Source of the DNA: Felis catus
Taxonomy: Eukaryota
NCBI RefSeq assembly: GCF_018350175.1
Contig: NC_058382.1
Span: 54,934,001 to 54,998,000 of the forward strand
Length of the DNA: 64,000 nucleotides
Direction: 5' to 3'
Shown: one piece after another, positions 60,436 to 64,000 of the stretch
How positions within the stretch are numbered: the stretch's first letter is position 1
Layout of the letters: every line of letters begins with the position of its first letter
Position numbers and translations under genes: made by a program
Notes under the pieces: model-generated
What the model saw: only the letters and a program-made list of their open reading frames with translations
What the model was told of the DNA's origin: nothing
The model's database searches: none

Positions 60436-61624
60436 TCAAAGGGGGGGGGGGGGAAGGCGTTCCAGAGAGGTGTGGACTCACATGGCCCCCTCCCTGGTGA
60501 ACCTCAGTGTGGAGCTTAGTGGCAGTGTGGGCTGACGTGTGCCCCGTGCATTGCCTTGGTTGGTCACACCCTGCCCTGGCCAGCAGGTGTGCACGGTGGC
60601 CCTGCCTCCCACGCCGGGAGCCTGTTCCCTGACGCCCAGGACGAATCCCAGCCTCTCCTTGCGCTCGCTGACCTGTGCTGGCAGACCTCCTCTCTTGTTC
60701 TCCTCGACTCCAGCCCCCTCAGCCTTCGTCTGGCAGGAGGAAGGGCGGTGAGTAGATCTCCACCGTGAGACCCTTGGTGGACTCGCTCACCAGGAAGCCC
60801 TTGGCCCCGACCCCGGCACCAGCCCAGGACACTTTGATGTGGTTCTGACTGGTCCTCCATCCAGTTCCCCTCCTTCTTTGCCCAGGGATTTTTGCACGTT
60901 CTTCTCAAGGCTCCAGAGACCTTGAGCTCACCATCTGAAGTAGCCGTCTCTTTCCTGGGTCTCCAGAATGCTGGTTTCTGGCAGCCGCCTCAGACTCAGC
61001 TTCCCCATTTCTGTCCATCACATCAGCCTCCTGCTTGGCTGTGGTGTCCACTCGGAACCTGCTCAGGGCAGCGTGCAGCCCCTGTGAGCTCTTTCTGTGG
61101 ACAAGAGAACTGTGGGGGGAGCCCTCCTATTCACGGGCAGGACTCTGGGGGTCAGTCTTGGAAAGGGCCCCCCCTCCTCCCTGGCAAATTTCGTGGGGTG
61201 GGGTGGGGCTGGGGTATGCTAGGTGAATGAGTTCTTTTGCATTCTTTCTTGGAATTATTCAGAGTTGTTACTCGTTCTGCTTCTTGGCCTTTAATAGTGG
61301 CCACAAAGAGGGGGGAGGAGCCAGTGTTCTTTGAGCACCTCCTGCGTGCAGGCACTTTCTATTTCTTCGTTCCCCCCACAACGCTCTGGGAGAGAGAGTC
61401 TTACTGTCCTTATTTACAGACGAGCACCTGAGGTTCCGAGACGCTCACAGGGGTTGAGCCGGGATCTCAGAATCCATTCAGTCTGATTTCGGATCCGGGC
61501 TCCCTTCTTCATGGCCCCCACTTGCCTGATGGCTGGCAGCCCCACAGTCAGAGGTGCCCAAGGTCCCTAGTGACGGTTGTGAAATCGACCTGATGGCTCT
61601 CGTGGAAAGTGACATAGTCAAGGT

Positions 61625-61715
61625 CGGTGACCAGCCGAGACGTCCCCGTTCTGGCAGCAAGAATCCCTCTTTCCGGAAACCCCTCAGTCCCAAGCAGACC
61701 AGCATTTCGGCCCCC
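61625..61715. mobile_element. MER81-like remnant
   Basis: ggtgaccagcc...gtccccgtt...ccggaaacccctcagtcccaagcagacc. Confidence 0.5.
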
Positions 61716-62569
61716 CTGCCTCACATCCACGTTTGTTCATGTTTCACACGCTCAGCAGCCCCATGACCACCATATTGGATGGCGGAGGTAGAGAACGTTT
61801 CCATCATCACGGAAGGGTGCTGGTCTAGAGGGTTGGCCCTGCCGGGGCTGCCCAGCCGAGAGCCCAGGGAGCCCCCCGTCTTACTTCCCCGCACTCAGCA
61901 TCCTGCTGGAGCCTTCATCTCTGGGTCTCCTCGTCGCCCCACAGCCCCTTTGTCCAGACTGCCAGCCATTCCCCTGAGGCCCCCCGCCCCGTCCTCCCTG
62001 ACCCCCACCTGCTACTTCTTGGCCCATCCCAGGCTGACCATTGCCCGGCCACAAGGCCCTTCCCAGCCCTGGGAGTCCTCCCACTGGCCAGCAGGGGGAC
62101 GTGGACGGGGTGCTAAGTTTGGCAGTGGGCACCGTTGGCTCAGCTCCACAGGGCAGGCCCTAACCGGGGCTCGTGGTGTGTGTATGCTCCATAAGGAAAA
62201 GGCGATGCTTCAGCGGAAACTGAGAGGCTGCTGGAGGCTTTCCTATTGGACAGATTGGGAAACTGTCAGTCACTGAAGAAGTGAGGTGGGGGGCGGGGAA
62301 GATAGTGGAAGGTTCTAGAAGAGTCTTTGACTTTAACCTGAAATAGTCCCTCAACTCGGCTCATTTTCTTACCCATCCGCGAGCAGGTTTGCTGTGCTCC
62401 ACGCTGTGCTCCGTGCTGGGGACGCATAGGTGACCCCTGGGGGCAGGTCACCATCCCTACCCTCAGGGGTTCGCAGACACTGGGGAGACACAGACTCATG
62501 AGTAAATAGTCACTTTGCAACTCACTTGGTGCTTACGCCACTGATCCTGAGTATTAGAATGGACCAAAT

Positions 62570-62670
62570 GGAAGACAGTGGGGGCAAGGACCATATTGTC
62601 CCCTGGCGTCCCCAGGGCTCCATGCACAGTAGGTGCTCATTAAGTGCTTGCTGGAGAAACGTTTGTATAA
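62570..62670 (+). mobile_element. L2 3' end
   Basis: gggcaaggaccatattgtc...tccccaggg...gcacagtaggtgctcattaagtgcttgctg. Confidence 0.7.
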
Positions 62671-63629
62671 GGTGTCATCGCCATCTACTGAGTTGTCTCT
62701 CATCCCTCTCTCGTTTCTTCCTCTGAGAGGGGAACATTCATTTCTATAGCGTTCAGAGAGGCACGCCCTCTTCTGGAATGTACTCAAGGAGAGTTGCCTT
62801 ATAATGTAACTAAGGTTAACTGAGCACGTGCTAAACACTTTGCCCTGATTGCCTTTTTAATCTGCCCAACAAATTATGTATGGATGGGGGACAGAGGAGG
62901 AAACTGAGGCACAGGAAGAGCTGGGCGGTTCAGCCCACGTTGTGTGGCACAGCGGTGGGACAGGGATCCCCCAGCCCCCTCGCCAGCTTTTCCGGGCTCA
63001 GAGCGCTCCTGAGATGCTGATTCGGACCGAATCGTCCCCGGCACTGACTCCCTCGCCCTCGGCCTCCACGCTGCCTGTGGAGACGGTCGCAGAGCTGTCG
63101 CGAGTCCAGTTTTTCCAGGAGGCTTGAAGCACGGGCGATGTGGGCTTCGGGGAACAGAAAACTTTTTCTCAAGGTAGGCTTGTGGGTCTCCTGAGTGATG
63201 ATCAGGGCCCCAGGAAGGAAGGTCCCGCACGGAGGCTGACTTCATCCGTGAGCGTAGAATAAACACCAGGATGAGGGGCCCTAGAGGCTGCAGCTGGGGC
63301 CCAGGGACACACCGCCCTGCTCCCCTCCTTTACTCGCCTGGTGCCTCCAGGGGTGCCTGAATTCCTGCCACCGTGACCACCCGGGAGCCCCAGCCAGAGA
63401 GCTTTGAGCTGCGTGTGGGCGCTTAGGAGTTCTGAGTTCAAGTCCTGCCCCTGGACCATCCCAGCTGTGTGAACTGCGCGTGCGTGAGGAGGAGTCTGCG
63501 TCTCTCGGGGAGGAATGTGTTTCTGGCAAAGCGTCTGGCTCAGGGTCTGACCAGGGTTTGATCCCGTAACGAACACCGGAATAAATTTTGCAGGCTGCCT
63601 GAACTCTAAACCGTTGTTGAAACGAGAAC

Positions 63630-63980
63630 AAATGTTCATAAACGCTCATTTTGTGCCTGGTGCTGTTCTACGCTCTCTCTCTCTCTATTATCTCGCCTAG
63701 TCCCCATAACAACTCTCTGGGACGGGTGCTACCAATCTTTCTTCAGATCTGAGACCCCATTGCTGGTAAGATACCCTCTTCTCTCTCCGACCTCGGAGAG
63801 AGAAAAGAATGTAGCAGAGCCTTATTACCCGGCCAACTTTAAGGGAGGTTCAGCTGTGTTTGAACTGACGAAGTACGATACTACTGTGTGCATTCTACAT
63901 GAGGAAATCAAGGCACCGAGAAGTGCCTAACTTCTCCGCGCATAGCTAGCCAGAGGCAGAGCCAGGACTCAAACGCTGGG
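63630..63980 (-). mobile_element. MIR fragment(s)
   Basis: cattctacatgaggaaatcaaggcaccgagaagt...catagctagccagaggcagagccaggactcaaac. Confidence 0.7.
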
Positions 63981-64000
63981 GGCCTCTTACCAGAGCCTGG

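Overview
Eukaryotic (mammalian) genomic DNA, almost certainly from a felid. It carries many carnivore tRNA-derived CAN-SINEs of the cat-type SINEC_Fc form (GGGGCGCCTGGGTGGCTCAGTCGGTTAAGCGTCCGACTTCAGCTCAGGTCATGATCTC...(CT)n...A-tail). It also carries ancient eutherian repeats: MIR, L2, L1M fragments, MLT1 LTRs, and MER3/MER33/MER20/MER81/Charlie-type DNA transposons. I recognise no protein-coding exon or RNA gene and cannot name a host gene. The supplied ORFs look like chance ORFs of GC-rich, repeat-laden DNA. GT microsatellites mostly on + and a lean toward antisense L1 fragments weakly suggest an intron of a +-strand gene. The strongest unexplained structure is a perfect 51-bp inverted repeat in apparently unique sequence (36064-36114 / 37005-37055) enclosing an 890-bp loop. 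Other notable items are a 51-bp direct duplication around a young SINE, a thrice-repeated ~21-bp quasi-palindromic motif at ~81-87 bp spacing, an abutting inverted SINE pair, serial SINE insertions at one target site, a twin-priming-like inverted L1, and several enhancer-like motif clusters. Repeat subfamily names are from memory of consensus sequences, and ancient repeat boundaries are approximate. I found no convincing novel multi-component system.
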